Positions 1-9,320 of a DNA stretch of 64,000 bases are shown in pieces. The notes beneath the pieces were generated by a model that saw only the letters and a program-made list of their open reading frames with translations, did not search any database and was not told the DNA's origin. The stretch is from Candidatus Omnitrophota bacterium. GTDB taxonomy: Bacteria > Omnitrophota > Gorgyraeia > Ghiorseimicrobiales > Ghiorseimicrobiaceae. Position 1 is the stretch's first letter, and the number at the start of each line of letters is the position of its first letter. The stretch is taken from assembly GCA_030681595.1 (NCBI GenBank), contig JAUXSB010000037.1, positions 133,708 to 197,707 on the forward strand, read 5' to 3'. The position numbers and the translations under genes are program-made.

Positions 1-96
1 AGAGTCAAAAAGCCTTAAGCTTTCCCGTAGGACAATCGCTAAATACCGAACCCAACTTAAGATTCTTCCCTCATATCTACGTAAAGAGTAATTTAA

Positions 97-177
97 CCAC
101 GTGCACCTCATCTAAATAACTTTACATTTTAAGCAATGCTTAAAATGTAAAGTTATGGATATTCGCGGTGCACGTGG
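97..177. repeat. REP-like composite palindrome. The inner 41-bp perfect palindrome ATAACTTTACATTTTAAGCA-A-TGCTTAAAATGTAAAGTTAT (116-156) is nested in an outer inverted repeat CCACGTGCACC...GGTGCACGTGG
   Basis: Read directly from the sequence. The same 41-bp palindrome recurs at 10591-10631 and 14055-14095. It lies just 3' of the MOSC gene. Confidence 0.7.
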
Positions 178-183
178 CCTGGC

Positions 184-657
184 TTAATCTGGAGTGATTG
201 GGTCGTTGACAGAGATTTGCCCGCCTTTTATTACCTTAGCGAAAATTCCTTCCTTAGGCATGATGCAAGAACCCACTTTTTTAAAAATCTCGCAATAATC
301 GTGGCATTCCTTACCGATTTGGCTTATTTCTAAGATAACGGAATTATTAATGGTTAGTTTGTCGCCTACCTTGAGATTGGCTAAGTTTATGCCACAAGTG
401 GTGATATTTTCGGCAAAATCTCCGGGTTTAAAGGCCGGGTTTTTTTTCTTATGTTTATGGCAGGTGTTTTGTTTTTCTATACTTTCCCATGAGAGTAAGC
501 TTATTTGCCGGTGAGTGTTGCCACTATGCACATCGCTTTCTATGCCGAAATTTTCGATTAGATTGGCTGTTTTGACCCCGGTTTTAGAAACTCCTTTTTT
601 CGCGCTGATATTTATGGAAAAAACCTGTCCTTTATTATTTTCGTTTAAATTTGCCAC
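184..657 (-). CDS. MOSC domain-containing protein
   Basis: 157-aa ORF with a MOSC-like beta-barrel signature. It sits immediately downstream of moaC and overlaps it by 23 nt, a conserved pairing. Confidence 0.55.
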   Translation of the reverse strand: MANLNENNKGQVFSINISAKKGVSKTGVKTANLIENFGIESDVHSGNTHRQISLLSWESIEKQNTCHKHKKKNPAFKPGDFAENITTCGINLANLKVGDKLTINNSVILEISQIGKECHDYCEIFKKVGSCIMPKEGIFAKVIKGGQISVNDPITPD

Positions 658-1078
658 TCTTGCCGCCTTCTTTTTCTAAAAGTTTTACTTCAATAGACAT
701 GCTTTTATCTAAATATTTACACATATCATAGACGTTGAGCGCGGCAACGGATGCGGCGGTAAGTGCCTCCATTTCAAATCCAGTACGTTGCGCTCCGCTA
801 ACTTCCGCGCGTATTAAAAGCAGATTTTTTTTAAAAGAAAACGAGATGTCTATATGGGAAAAATCGATTGGGTGGCATAGACAGATTAAGTCTTTGGTTT
901 TTTTTGCCGCCAGTATCCCTGCGAGCGTTGAGACGGCTAACACATCGCCTTTTTTAACTTTTCCCTGCATAATTATTCTCAGGGTTTCTGGTCGCATGGA
1001 AACTTCTGCCATAGCCACCGCTCGGCGTTGTGTTATAGGCTTATCAGAAACATTTACCATGGTTATATTTTTTTTCAT
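635..1078 (-). CDS. moaC: Cyclic pyranopterin monophosphate synthase MoaC
   Basis: 147 aa. Carries the typical MoaC segments (MVNVSDK...; GDVLAVSTLAGILAAKKT...; EMEALTAASVAALNVYDMCK). Confidence 0.8.
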   Translation of the reverse strand: MKKNITMVNVSDKPITQRRAVAMAEVSMRPETLRIIMQGKVKKGDVLAVSTLAGILAAKKTKDLICLCHPIDFSHIDISFSFKKNLLLIRAEVSGAQRTGFEMEALTAASVAALNVYDMCKYLDKSMSIEVKLLEKEGGKSGKFKRK

Positions 1079-1152
1079 CTCTCCTCTTTTCTAATCTATT
1101 CCACTTCCGCCAGAACGCTTGTCGGGCATGCCCGCGGTGTAATATGGTTTGT

Positions 1153-2064
1153 TTAGGATTTTAGGATTTTTTCTATATTAGCGCCTAAGATATTCGTTTT
1201 ATCTTCTTGGGAAATGGCTAAATTTTTTACTGCGTCTATTGAGCCGGTAATGTCTTTTTTTGCCGGCCAATCGCTACCCCATAACAGGTGGCTTGGGCCG
1301 AATAAATCTAGGGCGGCGAGAAAATTAGCCTTATTGGTATCGCCGCTAGTATCCACGTAGATATTTTTTAGGTAATCGCTAGGGTTACCTTTTAAATCTT
1401 TAACAAAATTTATCCCGCGCAGCATCTGGTAGGTAGCATCAAAGCGGTGTTTTAGGAATGGAATTACTCCTCCAAAATGAGCAAAGATAAATTTGATGTC
1501 GCTATAATCCCTTAGTATGTCTGCCATAAGGAGCTTACCGATGGAGATAGTTGTATCAAAGACATATTCAATTACCGGCGTAAGTAAAGGGTCTTGCACG
1601 CGTTCATAACCGATGGGGTTAACAATTTGGGAATGAATGAAAAGTGGGATATTTTTTCCCCTTGCTTCTTTGAAAACCGGAAGAAAGATTTTGTCATCTA
1701 AATATTTTCCGTTATAGCTCGAGGCTAAAGAAAGCGCTTTAAAGCCCATCTCTTGCGTCGTCCGCTTGATTTCATCGAGCATATCTTGGCCGTTATCTAT
1801 GGGCAGGATTGCCGCGCCTATAAAACGCCCGGGGTGGCGTTTTATTATCTTTCCGACATTGTCATTATAAATCCGCGCAACCCTGCTGATACTGCCCAAT
1901 TTTAAATGCGCATCCGAGGTAGGGTAACTTAAAACTGCTTTATTGATACCTGCCCCATCCATTATTTTTAGCTGCCCCTCAATATCTGACCAGCCTTTAT
2001 GGAAAAAATGCGCATTGTTGATAATTTCTTCCGGCAGCCAGTGGGAATGGGCGTCAATGATCAT
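1153..2064 (-). CDS. Amidohydrolase-2 family (PF04909-like) TIM-barrel metal-dependent hydrolase/decarboxylase
   Basis: 303 aa. N-terminal 'IDAHSHW' metal-binding motif and amidohydrolase-related fold signatures. Confidence 0.55.
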   Translation of the reverse strand: MIIDAHSHWLPEEIINNAHFFHKGWSDIEGQLKIMDGAGINKAVLSYPTSDAHLKLGSISRVARIYNDNVGKIIKRHPGRFIGAAILPIDNGQDMLDEIKRTTQEMGFKALSLASSYNGKYLDDKIFLPVFKEARGKNIPLFIHSQIVNPIGYERVQDPLLTPVIEYVFDTTISIGKLLMADILRDYSDIKFIFAHFGGVIPFLKHRFDATYQMLRGINFVKDLKGNPSDYLKNIYVDTSGDTNKANFLAALDLFGPSHLLWGSDWPAKKDITGSIDAVKNLAISQEDKTNILGANIEKILKS

Positions 2065-2065
2065 A

Positions 2066-2674
2066 TTATTTGTTGGTTAATTCTACTGTATCGATGTAAA
2101 TTACGCTTTTTGCTTCAGCCAGTGGCTCGAATTGAAAGCTTTTAATGGGAAAATCTAATACGGCATTTGCGTCTGCTGTCTGCGGTTGCCAGTCGCCCCG
2201 GGCGAAAAATTCATTGAATAGGCAAACAATCTGTTTCCAGCCCGTAAAATCATCCGTAATTATAAACCGCCACATTTCATTGCCGTTATCCTTAATATCA
2301 AAGGCGATTCTGGTTTTTGAATTACTACCGTAGGCATAAAAACTTATTGAGCTGTATTTTTCCCATGTTATTGCTTCCGGTGTAACCAACCAGGCGGTAT
2401 TTTTGGCATCTAAGCCGAATCCTTTGGCGATCCACATATAGCCGCCGGATACGGCGTCAAATGTAATTTTTAGGGATTGCGCGCCGGAATTTTTTATATT
2501 TGTATCAGCGGTTACCTCAACCGATGAGCCGCTGCCTGAGCCAAAGTCAACAGTACCATTTTCCCCGCCGCAAACAGGGTTTTCAAAATCTTCAATCAGC
2601 AAATTCTTTTCCTGTGCAAAAGAAGGTATCGCAAGCGAGAAAAATAAAATAAAAATAAGTTTTATAATTTTCAC
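2066..2674 (-). CDS. Secreted protein with CBM/CIA30-like beta-sandwich
   Basis: N-terminal signal peptide (MKIIKLIFILFFSLAIPSFA). The rest resembles a carbohydrate-binding module. Weak call. Confidence 0.3.
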   Translation of the reverse strand: MKIIKLIFILFFSLAIPSFAQEKNLLIEDFENPVCGGENGTVDFGSGSGSSVEVTADTNIKNSGAQSLKITFDAVSGGYMWIAKGFGLDAKNTAWLVTPEAITWEKYSSISFYAYGSNSKTRIAFDIKDNGNEMWRFIITDDFTGWKQIVCLFNEFFARGDWQPQTADANAVLDFPIKSFQFEPLAEAKSVIYIDTVELTNK

Positions 2675-2742
2675 TGTTCTCTCCTTTCTGTTTTTAAATT
2701 TGTCATTGGCCTGCCAGCAGGCAGGGATTTTGTCATTTGTCG

Positions 2743-3516
2743 TTATTTATTCGGATGCGCCTGTTTAAATGGGATCACCGGTGCAGTCCATGGCGTCTGC
2801 TGATTGATTATCGCGATTTCTAACGGGCAGACATTTGCCGGAACTGTCAGCGCGAATTTAACCGCGTTCTCTATTGCTTCGGTTGTCATCAGGCGCGATG
2901 TATCGGCGGTTATCTCTTTTAGTTTGCCTGTTAAGTCTGTATCGGTAACACCCGGAAGTATTGAGGTGATTTTTATGCCGTGGTCGCGTACTTCCCAGAA
3001 CAGCCCCTTTAGAAAAGCTTTTAAGCCGACCTTCAACGAACTATAGACGATAAAGCTTCGCGGAACCGGGTCGCATAAGGTTGAGCCGGAAACCATGTTG
3101 ATGATGCTGCCTGATTTTTGTTTAATCATGTCATTTATAACTAGCCTAATCAGACGCACATAACCTAAGTAGTTGGTGTGGGCTAGTCTTTCAAAATCTT
3201 CTATTGGTTGTTCATGAAATGGGTATTGACTGGAGACGCCGGCATTATTGATTAAAATGTCTATTTTACCGAATTTTTCTTTGGTTTTGTTGACTAAATT
3301 TTCCAAGTCTTCTAGCCTTGTTACGTCGCAAGCCACAGGCAAAACTTCTACCTTATATTTCTTGGCGATTTCAGCGGCAGTTTCCTTTAATGAGCCTTCG
3401 CCGCGTGCCGCAATAGTTAAGTTAACTCCTAAACTTGCGCAGGTTTGTGCAATGGCCTTACCAATGCCGCGGCTTGCGCCGGTAACAATTGCGGTTTTTC
3501 CTTTTAGTCCACTCAT
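2743..3516 (-). CDS. SDR-family oxidoreductase (FabG-like ketoreductase)
   Basis: TGASRGIGKAIA Rossmann motif, NNAG motif and a YxxxK-type catalytic region. 257 aa. Confidence 0.8.
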   Translation of the reverse strand: MSGLKGKTAIVTGASRGIGKAIAQTCASLGVNLTIAARGEGSLKETAAEIAKKYKVEVLPVACDVTRLEDLENLVNKTKEKFGKIDILINNAGVSSQYPFHEQPIEDFERLAHTNYLGYVRLIRLVINDMIKQKSGSIINMVSGSTLCDPVPRSFIVYSSLKVGLKAFLKGLFWEVRDHGIKITSILPGVTDTDLTGKLKEITADTSRLMTTEAIENAVKFALTVPANVCPLEIAIINQQTPWTAPVIPFKQAHPNK

Positions 3517-3528
3517 TTTATATGCCTC

Positions 3529-4650
3529 CTACTTTGAAAATAATAAAGCCCTGGCTGAAAACGCCAGCATAATTAAAGCCGCCCCAAAGACTATGAAATG
3601 CAAGTTAAAGCCTTTTTGTATGGTGATACTTCCTAAGGTAACGCCCAACCCGCCTGCCAAAAAACGCACGCTGCTGTTTAAGCTCGCCGCCTCATTTAAA
3701 AATTCTTTCGGTAAATCCGTAAGCCTTGTGGAAAGTCCTGCGTGGTTGAATGTCCACCCCAACCCCCAGATAAGCATAAGCAAGGCCAAAATGAAAACCG
3801 GAAATTTGAATATCAGTAAAAATACGCTAAAAATCATGCAGATTATTCCCCACTCTATTGTTTTGAACCTGCCTTTTGTGTCTGATAGGTGCCCGCCGAT
3901 GAATTCGCCGAATATTCCGCTAAGGCTGGTTAAAGTAATCAGCATGCTGATTAGAAATTGGCTGAAGTTAAATTCTAGAGAGAAGTAAACGCTTAGCCAT
4001 TGCTGGACTCCGTGGAAAAATATGCTTACAAAAAATATATAGGTAAATATGGAAAATACGGTTTTATTCTTTAAAGCAGGCAGATAGTTAATTTTAAAAC
4101 TCGCGGCTTCCCCCTTAAAGCTGGGCAGTTTTATGTAAATCGCGATCCATAATAAGAATCCGCATATTGCCGGAATAATAAAAATCAACCTCCAGTGGAT
4201 GATTCCGCTTAAAAATAAGCCCAGAAGCGAAGCGATAAAAGTGATGCTAAAGAAAGAGCCGACGCAACGGCCCCGGTTTTCTTCGGTTGTGTGATGGGCG
4301 ATTAGGATTAAGACAAGCGGCGTAACTGATGCCCCGAATATGCCCATAAGAAATCTGGCTAAAAAAAGAGTGTTAATATTTTGCGATAAGCCCGCCAATA
4401 AATTGCTTAAAGAAAAGAAAAGCAGAGCGATTAGTTCTATTTTTTTGACATCGAAAGTACGGGCAAGCGGGCCGTAAAAAAGCGCGGCAATGCCGTAAGG
4501 AAGCATATAAAGCCAGACAATACGGCCGGCAACGATTTGGCTGACGCTAAAATCCGCGGATATTGACGGGATTAATGCTGACGCCGCGGCAACATTAAAC
4601 GATAAAAGCGCGCCTTCCAGGCACAAGATAACAAAGGTTACCTTTTTCAT
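3529..4650 (-). CDS. MFS transporter
   Basis: 373 aa, about 12 predicted TM helices, MFS-type loop motifs. Confidence 0.7.
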   Translation of the reverse strand: MKKVTFVILCLEGALLSFNVAAASALIPSISADFSVSQIVAGRIVWLYMLPYGIAALFYGPLARTFDVKKIELIALLFFSLSNLLAGLSQNINTLFLARFLMGIFGASVTPLVLILIAHHTTEENRGRCVGSFFSITFIASLLGLFLSGIIHWRLIFIIPAICGFLLWIAIYIKLPSFKGEAASFKINYLPALKNKTVFSIFTYIFFVSIFFHGVQQWLSVYFSLEFNFSQFLISMLITLTSLSGIFGEFIGGHLSDTKGRFKTIEWGIICMIFSVFLLIFKFPVFILALLMLIWGLGWTFNHAGLSTRLTDLPKEFLNEAASLNSSVRFLAGGLGVTLGSITIQKGFNLHFIVFGAALIMLAFSARALLFSK

Positions 4651-4657
4651 GAATTTT

Positions 4658-4688
4658 AACCAGTAACACCTACGCGGTGTTACTGGTT
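4658..4688. repeat. REP-like palindrome AACCAGTAACACC-TACGC-GGTGTTACTGGTT
   Basis: Perfect 13-bp arms. The core GTAACACC-TACGC-GGTGTTAC is identical to the copy at 9294-9314. It lies about 7 nt upstream of the MFS start codon. Confidence 0.7.
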
Positions 4689-4693
4689 TTAAC

Positions 4694-5134
4694 TTAGGTT
4701 TTTGCTTCTTTTTCTATGACTTCTTTAAATATTTGTAAATTTTCCTTGGAATGCTTGTTAATGAAGCCTTCAACTTGCTCGTCGTTAAATTTGGCTTTTT
4801 CATCCATTTCGAAATGCTGGATCCAGGTCATCTCTATGCCGTTAAGCTTGGCTGTATAAAGCCAGATAATTTTCATATATTTAAAGGGAAATTTTGGCTC
4901 TTCCCGCTCGGAATAGGTAAAGAATTTATCTTTATGAAGCAGGCGCCAGGACTGCCAGGATTTGCCCTCATCATCAGTCAGGCGAAAAGTGATTTTATTG
5001 CCTTCTTTTTTCACTACTTCCGCCTTCTGGTATTCGCCGCCGAATAGCTCTGTCCAACGCGGTATGTCGTTTGAAATGTCAAAGACTAAATCATAAGGCG
5101 CATCAATAATTATAGAATTACACGTATGTCCCAT
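4694..5134 (-). CDS. SRPBCC-superfamily polyketide cyclase/dehydrase-like protein
   Basis: 146 aa, PF03364/PF10604-like helix-grip fold pattern. Clustered with KS/CLF/ACP. Confidence 0.5.
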   Translation of the reverse strand: MGHTCNSIIIDAPYDLVFDISNDIPRWTELFGGEYQKAEVVKKEGNKITFRLTDDEGKSWQSWRLLHKDKFFTYSEREEPKFPFKYMKIIWLYTAKLNGIEMTWIQHFEMDEKAKFNDEQVEGFINKHSKENLQIFKEVIEKEAKT

Positions 5135-5148
5135 TTATCCCTCATTTT

Positions 5149-5466
5149 TTATTGTTTGCCTGATAAACTCAAAAGTATTGCCAAATTTTCGCTAGCACTT
5201 AGTGAATGCGGCGCATTCTTGGGCATAAAAATAAATACCCCCGGCTTCATCTTAATTTTTTTGCCGTTTAAGATAAAGGTGCCTTTGCCTTTTAGGACGG
5301 TTACGGCCGCTTCGCGTGTAGATGTGTGTTCGGAAATATCGCTACCTTTAGCTAAGCACATTAGCGTGTGATTAGAAATATCGGTCTTAATTAAAACCTT
5401 ACTGAAAACCCCTTGCTTGGGAAATTCCATCATTTGTTCTAGGTTTTCAACTAGCGATTTAATCAT
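5149..5466 (-). CDS. Cupin-domain protein
   Basis: 105 aa small beta-barrel with a cupin_2-like G(x)5HxH...E...PxG..H pattern. Confidence 0.55.
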   Translation of the reverse strand: MIKSLVENLEQMMEFPKQGVFSKVLIKTDISNHTLMCLAKGSDISEHTSTREAAVTVLKGKGTFILNGKKIKMKPGVFIFMPKNAPHSLSASENLAILLSLSGKQ

Positions 5467-5472
5467 ATTTTC

Positions 5473-6267
5473 TTATTCTAAAATAGCCACTACCCTTGCC
5501 CAAGCGGCGCCGGTTTTTTTGATTTTTATGGGCAGGCAGTGGATTTTAAAACCGTAGTCGGGTAGTTTATCTAAATTTGCCAGCCGTTCTATGTGTATAA
5601 ATTCTCTTTTTCGGCCATAAAAATGCGTAGGATACAACGGTTTTTTCTGCTCTAAAAATTCCTTGAGCATAAATTTATACGGACGGTCAATGCCCATTGT
5701 ATCGACGCCGAATATTTTTATGCCTCTGTCTAACAGGTAATCTATAGCTGATATATCTATTCCGGGATAATCCGAGAAGTATTTTGGCCCCCCATATAGT
5801 TTATCCGCGCCGGTGCATAAAAGAACGATATCTAAAGGCTTAATCTGGTAGTTGATTTTTATAAGAGCTGCTTCTATATCTTCAGCGTTAATGGTTTCGT
5901 TTGGTTTTTTATGCGTCAGGTTAAGTCTTGCGCCGTTTTGCATACACCATTCCAGCGGGATTTCCTCCGCGGTTTTTGAGGCGCGGCCTTCCGAGCGTGA
6001 TCCGTAGTGATATGAATAATCAAGGTGCGTTCCGATATGCACTGGTGAATGCACGGTTTCTAGAGATAAAAATTCTTCATCCGGTAAGTCTTCTTTTTTA
6101 AGTATGCGCCTACCTAGTAGATATTTAATTCTACCCGTGATGGTTTTACCCATAATCACGCGGTTAAACTTCTCTACACCAGCCGCGTGGTTTACGCGTT
6201 CAATCTTAACCTTATGCACTTCGAATGCCGTATCATCAATCGGTAAACTCAAGTCAATTATCTGCAT
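5473..6267 (-). CDS. Cyclase-family protein (PF04199; kynurenine-formamidase-like fold)
   Basis: HIGTHLDYSYHYG matches the HxGTHxDxPxH signature of the putative cyclase family. Confidence 0.6.
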   Translation of the reverse strand: MQIIDLSLPIDDTAFEVHKVKIERVNHAAGVEKFNRVIMGKTITGRIKYLLGRRILKKEDLPDEEFLSLETVHSPVHIGTHLDYSYHYGSRSEGRASKTAEEIPLEWCMQNGARLNLTHKKPNETINAEDIEAALIKINYQIKPLDIVLLCTGADKLYGGPKYFSDYPGIDISAIDYLLDRGIKIFGVDTMGIDRPYKFMLKEFLEQKKPLYPTHFYGRKREFIHIERLANLDKLPDYGFKIHCLPIKIKKTGAAWARVVAILE

Positions 6268-6279
6268 TTTAGTTTTTAA

Positions 6280-6306
6280 CCATGTGCACTACCGCAGTGC
6301 ACATGG
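6280..6306. repeat. REP-like palindrome CCATGTGCACT-ACCGC-AGTGCACATGG
   Basis: Perfect 11-bp arms. Intergenic between the ACP and cyclase genes, about 12 nt upstream of the cyclase ATG. Confidence 0.65.
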
Positions 6307-6308
6307 GG

Positions 6309-6557
6309 TTATTTAAGTTTTGAATTAGTGAGTTTTGAATTAATGGTATTTGTGATTTGCTCTATAGTGTTGAATTTAGTTACTTCTTTGGCGCTTAGCT
6401 TTGTGCCAAATTCTTTTTCTAGGGCAATTACTGTTTCTACCATTTCGGTTGAATCAACGCCAATGCTATCTTGAAGCGAGATACCATCTTTTAATTCTTC
6501 AGGTTTAATTTTTAATAGTGTAACCAACACATTTTTTATTCTATTTTTTGTTTCCAT
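6309..6557 (-). CDS. Acyl carrier protein
   Basis: 82 aa. DSIGVDSTEMVE motif with the phosphopantetheine-attachment Ser. Confidence 0.75.
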   Translation of the reverse strand: METKNRIKNVLVTLLKIKPEELKDGISLQDSIGVDSTEMVETVIALEKEFGTKLSAKEVTKFNTIEQITNTINSKLTNSKLK

Positions 6558-6572
6558 TTTTTCTCCCTAAAC

Positions 6573-8033
6573 TTAAATATGTACTTCGCCTTTGGTAGCA
6601 CCTGCTTCCCAGCGGTCTACCCCTGCCATTACGTCCTTAAAGCAGAGCTTAGCTAATTGATCAAAGTCGCTTTCTAAGATACGGTGGATTCTTCCGGGCT
6701 TGGAGAAAAATTCGCGCATACACCAAGAGCCGAGTTCGCCTAATTGTTGGGTTGATAGGTGATCTGTAGGCATAACCGGGTGCAGGAAATCCCATTGCAA
6801 AAAGTTAATTGTTTTCGGGTTAATCCAGCTTTTCTTAAGGCCCATCCTCCACATCGGTGAATTTGGCGATGGTGTGACATAGCCAATCCACAAGATATCC
6901 GGGTCTACTTCGTCGGTAAATTCATATCTTTGCTTGATAATTGCTTCGTTGTCATAGTCAAATCCCATCATGATGTCGGCAACGACAGCTATATTCTGCC
7001 GGCGTAATATGTCTATGGTTTTCTTGATGTGGTCAATGGTAATGCCTTTAGCGATTTTCTTTAACTCTTCAGGGGTAGTGACTTCGATTCCGAATACGCC
7101 GATAAAAAGCCCTGTTTCTTTCATTAGGGGTAATATTGATTCACAGTTTACCCAGTCAATGGCGCGGCCTAAAGAAACCCACTTTATCGGGTTATTGGCG
7201 GCTTTTTTTAGCTCGCAGAACTTCTTTACTCTTTCCGGGTTGGTGTTAAAGTTATCGTCTTGCAAGACTACTACTTTTACCCCGTATTTTTTATGCAGGA
7301 GGTTTAATTCTTCAACTACTCTTTCCGGTGATTTTGCGCGCCATTTCAGGAAGTCACTAGGGCTGCGTGGATCATATTGGTCCCATTCATAACAGAATGT
7401 GCAGGCTGAAGGACATCCACGGGAAGTAACCATATCCACAAACGGTTTCCAGTAGGTATGGCCTACATATTTATCCATTGGGAACAAATCGTATGCCGGA
7501 AGCGGAAGCTTATCTAAGTCCATATTCAGCGGGCTATATGGCCCCATTACAGGTTTGCCGTCAACGCGGCTGGTGACACCAGCGACTTTCGCGATATCTT
7601 TTTTCTTATCTATTGCTTCAATTAAATCAGCGAATGATTCCTCTTCGCCCATTACGACGTAATCAACTGCCGGGTTTGCCTCAAGGGTTTCCGTAGGCAT
7701 TGCTGAATACCAAAGCCCGCCGAAAATAATCTTGGTTTTAGGCAGAACTTCTTTTATGCGTTTAGCTGCTTCGTTAAAATGCGCGACCACAGCGTATCCG
7801 CCGTAAGAATGTAATTGCTCGCCTAACACCACGATATCGGGATTTTTCTCTTTTACCTTGGCGGTCATTTCATCGGCTGGGATTTCAAGGGCCTTACAGT
7901 CTAAGACCTCAACATTGTCATAGCCCTTTTCCCTGACATACGCCGCCCAATGCGCGTATAGCTGGTTTGGTGCCACATGTTTTCCGTGCGTTGCCCAAGC
8001 GCCTACTTTAGGCATTACGAATAAAATTTTCAT
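6573..8033 (-). CDS. B12-binding domain-containing radical SAM protein
   Basis: VTSRGCPSACTFCYE (CxxxCxxC) radical-SAM core preceded by an N-terminal cobalamin-binding-like Rossmann domain. 486 aa. Confidence 0.75.
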   Translation of the reverse strand: MKILFVMPKVGAWATHGKHVAPNQLYAHWAAYVREKGYDNVEVLDCKALEIPADEMTAKVKEKNPDIVVLGEQLHSYGGYAVVAHFNEAAKRIKEVLPKTKIIFGGLWYSAMPTETLEANPAVDYVVMGEEESFADLIEAIDKKKDIAKVAGVTSRVDGKPVMGPYSPLNMDLDKLPLPAYDLFPMDKYVGHTYWKPFVDMVTSRGCPSACTFCYEWDQYDPRSPSDFLKWRAKSPERVVEELNLLHKKYGVKVVVLQDDNFNTNPERVKKFCELKKAANNPIKWVSLGRAIDWVNCESILPLMKETGLFIGVFGIEVTTPEELKKIAKGITIDHIKKTIDILRRQNIAVVADIMMGFDYDNEAIIKQRYEFTDEVDPDILWIGYVTPSPNSPMWRMGLKKSWINPKTINFLQWDFLHPVMPTDHLSTQQLGELGSWCMREFFSKPGRIHRILESDFDQLAKLCFKDVMAGVDRWEAGATKGEVHI

Positions 8034-8050
8034 TGTAACCCCTTTCTTTT

Positions 8051-9280
8051 TTAAGGTTTTTCTATAACCATCGCCGCGTTAATTCCGCCGCGGCCGCGGG
8101 AAATTATCAGTGCTTTGCTTATTTTATGCTCTCGCGCTTCTTTTGCCACGTAATTTAAGCCATTCGGATTTGGATTGTCTAGGTTTATTGTTGGAGGCAG
8201 TAGGCTGTGTTCCATAGCCAAAAGCGTAATGATTAAATCTAATGCTCCAGATGCGCCGAGTAAATTTCCAAACATTGATTTAGGGCAGCTTACCGGAATG
8301 TCTTTCGCTTTATTCCCGAATACTTCCTTAATTGCTTTTACTTCGCTATTATCCCATAAATCTAGCGCAAGGCCGTCTAAGCTGATATAGCCTATATCTT
8401 CCGGGTTAACCTTTGCGTCGGAGAGCGCTGATTTTATCGCGCGGGCTAGTTCTTTACCGTTAGTATCAGGCTGGATGCGGTCATATCCATCGCAGTTTGA
8501 GGCGTATCCGGAAATAACCGCGGATATATTGGCATTACGTTTCTTTGCGCGTATAATCCCTTCCATTACCATAATACCTGCGCCTTCGCCGATAACAAAG
8601 CCGGATTTATTTTTATCAAACGGGCGGTAAGCGGTTTCTGGATGTTCGTTATCCGTTGTAAGCCCGCCGTAGGTATTACAACATAAAAGCGCATAGGGTG
8701 TTACTGGTGCTTCCATCCCACCGGCTAAAATCATATTCAGTTTATTTTTACTCAAGGTTTTACGCGCATAGCCGATTGCTTCAAGAGAACTGGCGCGGTC
8801 GGCAACCACGGTTTTTGAAAATCCCTTTATGCCGTAATAAATAGAAACTTGGCCTTGGGGGGCTGCCGGAAACCATGCTGAAGCCATATAGGGAGAAACC
8901 CCTTCCCTGCCTTCCAGATATAAATCCCGAAGTTCTGTTTCGGCATAGAGCCAGCCGCCGATAGCATTGCCTAAAAATATCCCAATTAAATTAGGGTCTT
9001 CGTTTTTAATATTGATGCCTGCGTCTTGCAAAGCAAGTTCCGAGGCGATTAATGCCATATGGGAAAAGGCGTCTATTTTTTTAAGCAAGCGTTCAGAGAT
9101 ATGGGAATATTTTTCCAGCTCATCAATTTGGCCGGCAATATGCGAGGGGTATTTCGAAGCGTCAAAGCGGGTGATTTTTTTAACAAAGGATCTGCCCGCC
9201 TTAATATTTGCCCAGAATTGTCGTTTGCCTATTCCGCTGGGGGCGACCACGCCTATACCTGTAATTGCAATCTTTTCCAT
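8051..9280 (-). CDS. Beta-ketoacyl synthase family protein, chain-length-factor-like (catalytic Cys and first His absent)
   Basis: KS fold throughout. The active-site position reads VADRASS instead of TACSS (Cys to Arg). The HGTGT motif is replaced by SLDGLA. Confidence 0.7.
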   Translation of the reverse strand: MEKIAITGIGVVAPSGIGKRQFWANIKAGRSFVKKITRFDASKYPSHIAGQIDELEKYSHISERLLKKIDAFSHMALIASELALQDAGINIKNEDPNLIGIFLGNAIGGWLYAETELRDLYLEGREGVSPYMASAWFPAAPQGQVSIYYGIKGFSKTVVADRASSLEAIGYARKTLSKNKLNMILAGGMEAPVTPYALLCCNTYGGLTTDNEHPETAYRPFDKNKSGFVIGEGAGIMVMEGIIRAKKRNANISAVISGYASNCDGYDRIQPDTNGKELARAIKSALSDAKVNPEDIGYISLDGLALDLWDNSEVKAIKEVFGNKAKDIPVSCPKSMFGNLLGASGALDLIITLLAMEHSLLPPTINLDNPNPNGLNYVAKEAREHKISKALIISRGRGGINAAMVIEKP

Positions 9281-9293
9281 GATTTTTAAACCC

Positions 9294-9314
9294 GTAACAC
9301 CTACGCGGTGTTAC
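9294..9314. repeat. REP-like palindrome GTAACACC-TACGC-GGTGTTAC
   Basis: Same core as at 4658-4688. About 13 nt upstream of the KS-beta start, between the two KS genes. Confidence 0.65.
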
Positions 9315-9320
9315 TAATGG

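Noticed and set aside
2708-2723. Hairpin CCTGCC-AGCA-GGCAGG between the SDR gene and the secreted-protein gene as a terminator
   Set aside because: The T-run follows it only on the + strand, and the flanking genes are on the minus strand. In the sense direction it lacks a U-tract, so it is at most an RNA-stability hairpin.
3248-3988. 246-aa ORF on the + strand (and similar antisense ORFs at 25862–26605, 735–1094, 6970–7392)
   Set aside because: They lie entirely antisense to well-supported genes (SDR/MFS, ftsH, moaC, rSAM) and have low-complexity Ser/Pro/Ala-rich translations. They are typical shadow ORFs.
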